A stretch of DNA of 63,238 bases, counting the filler, from Octopus bimaculoides (taxonomy: Eukaryota): NCBI RefSeq assembly GCF_001194135.2. It is 7 parts of 6 records of this genome, joined end to end, with 100 filler letters (N's around TTAATTAATTAA, not from the genome) between each part and the next. Parts side by side here need not be neighbours in the genome. Positions count along the whole stretch, not along the records: positions 55,564 to 63,238 come from NC_068981.1; 6 more parts are not named here. One strand, given 5' to 3'. The translations under genes were made by a program, and so were the position numbers. The notes under the pieces are model-generated. The model saw only the letters and a program-made list of their open reading frames with translations. It was not told the origin of the DNA and did no database searches. Shown piece by piece: positions 62,101 to 63,238 of the stretch. How positions within the stretch are numbered: the first letter of the stretch is position 1; each line of letters begins with the position of its first letter.

Positions 62101-62877
62101 TGCCATTTCAATCTAAGTGCTATCACTTTCATCTCATTTCCTGACATAGTGCTAAAGTTTAGCGCTATAGTCTTTAACTTACTCTGTGCTGGAGAGAGAG
62201 AGAGAGAGAGAGGTCTTTAGTTCATGGAAAACTGACCACCTATGTTTGTTTAAGTATTGAATAGCGTCATCCACTGCAACTTGTGAATTTGGTCGTCGTT
62301 CTCTTAATAGTTCCTATGCTGTATCATTTGAAGCAACAAAAGTAACCAGTGCTGTTTGACTTACTGTCGATGTCGTTTTTGTTACTACTGTGTTGGATTT
62401 ATTGTTTAGAAGTTATTTCTTATTCGGAAAGAGAATTTTTGAAAGTCTTTTGTCTCCAAATATGAAACTCCTGGACTTAGTATCATAATATCAGAAAATT
62501 TTCGCTGCAGGGTATTTTACGAGGAGGATATTTCAAAGTATAGATTCATTCTCACACTTTTCTTGTATTTATCCAATTCAGACCTCAGCCTGATATCTTT
62601 CATAAGCCAATGAATCGTTTCTTTTGTTCTTGTTCTAACATTCAAAAACCTTCTATCTTCGTAGAAGTCTCTTTGTCTACTATTATGAACGAAAATAACG
62701 TCCAGCAAATCCACGGTTTATTGATTGCTTGAGTTATTTATATTCTCAAATTATACCCTCGGCGGTTCCCAAGCCTTGTGGAAAGTGAAGCTAAATGTTA
62801 TTTTCCCTATCTCTTCATATACTTCTTTCGGTTGTTGCATTCCTTACTGAGCGCACATGTATGTCCGTATTTCTCCT

Positions 62878-62918
<41 letters not shown>

Positions 62919-62920
<2 letters not shown>

Positions 62921-63051
62921 ATTCCGCCGAGGTCGACTTTGCCTTTCATCCTTTCGGGGTCGATAAGATAAGTACCATTTGAACACTGGGGTCAATGTGA
63001 TCGACTCATCTCCTCCACCAAAATTGCTGCCCTTGAGCCAAAATTTGAAAT
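62919..63051 (+). mobile_element. 5'-truncated Meta-like SINE inside (ATT)n
   Basis: Core and tail present, flanked by ATT-type repeats on both sides. Confidence 0.85.
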
Positions 63052-63179
63052 CATTATCATCATCATTATTATTATTATTATTACTATTATGTTGTTTTTT
63101 TTTCCTTCTTTCTTCAAATTTTCTTCCATTTCTCGCCGAGTGTTTTCCGTACACCTAGGGCAGAGAAACTCATTGTATG

Positions 63180-63238
<59 letters not shown>

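Overview
AT-rich, gapped, repeat-dense eukaryotic (animal) genomic DNA with no prokaryotic features. The SINE families and extreme microsatellite density point to an octopus-like coleoid cephalopod; this is inference from recalled repeat families, not a database result. I could not confidently name any host gene; there are only a few weak candidate + strand exons. Most listed ORFs are artefacts of microsatellites or N-runs. The window is a transposon graveyard: mariner and Tc1 transposase pseudogenes; a large 5' portion of a Tx1/L1-like LINE plus a separate 3' fragment; three R4/Dong-type RLE-LINE fragments; RTE fragments; two Penelope-like (PLE) coding fragments with hammerhead-like motifs nearby; Helitron pieces; several SINE families; and piggyBac-, Merlin- and pogo-like MITEs. 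The most interesting signals are (1) minimal hammerhead ribozyme motifs, including an inverted pair sharing a non-canonical CCGAAG core, (2) a dimeric SINE that moved as one unit (15-bp TSD), (3) two long foldback structures, and (4) a ~2.6 kb unidentified decayed coding-like stretch near the end. I found no clearly novel multi-gene system.
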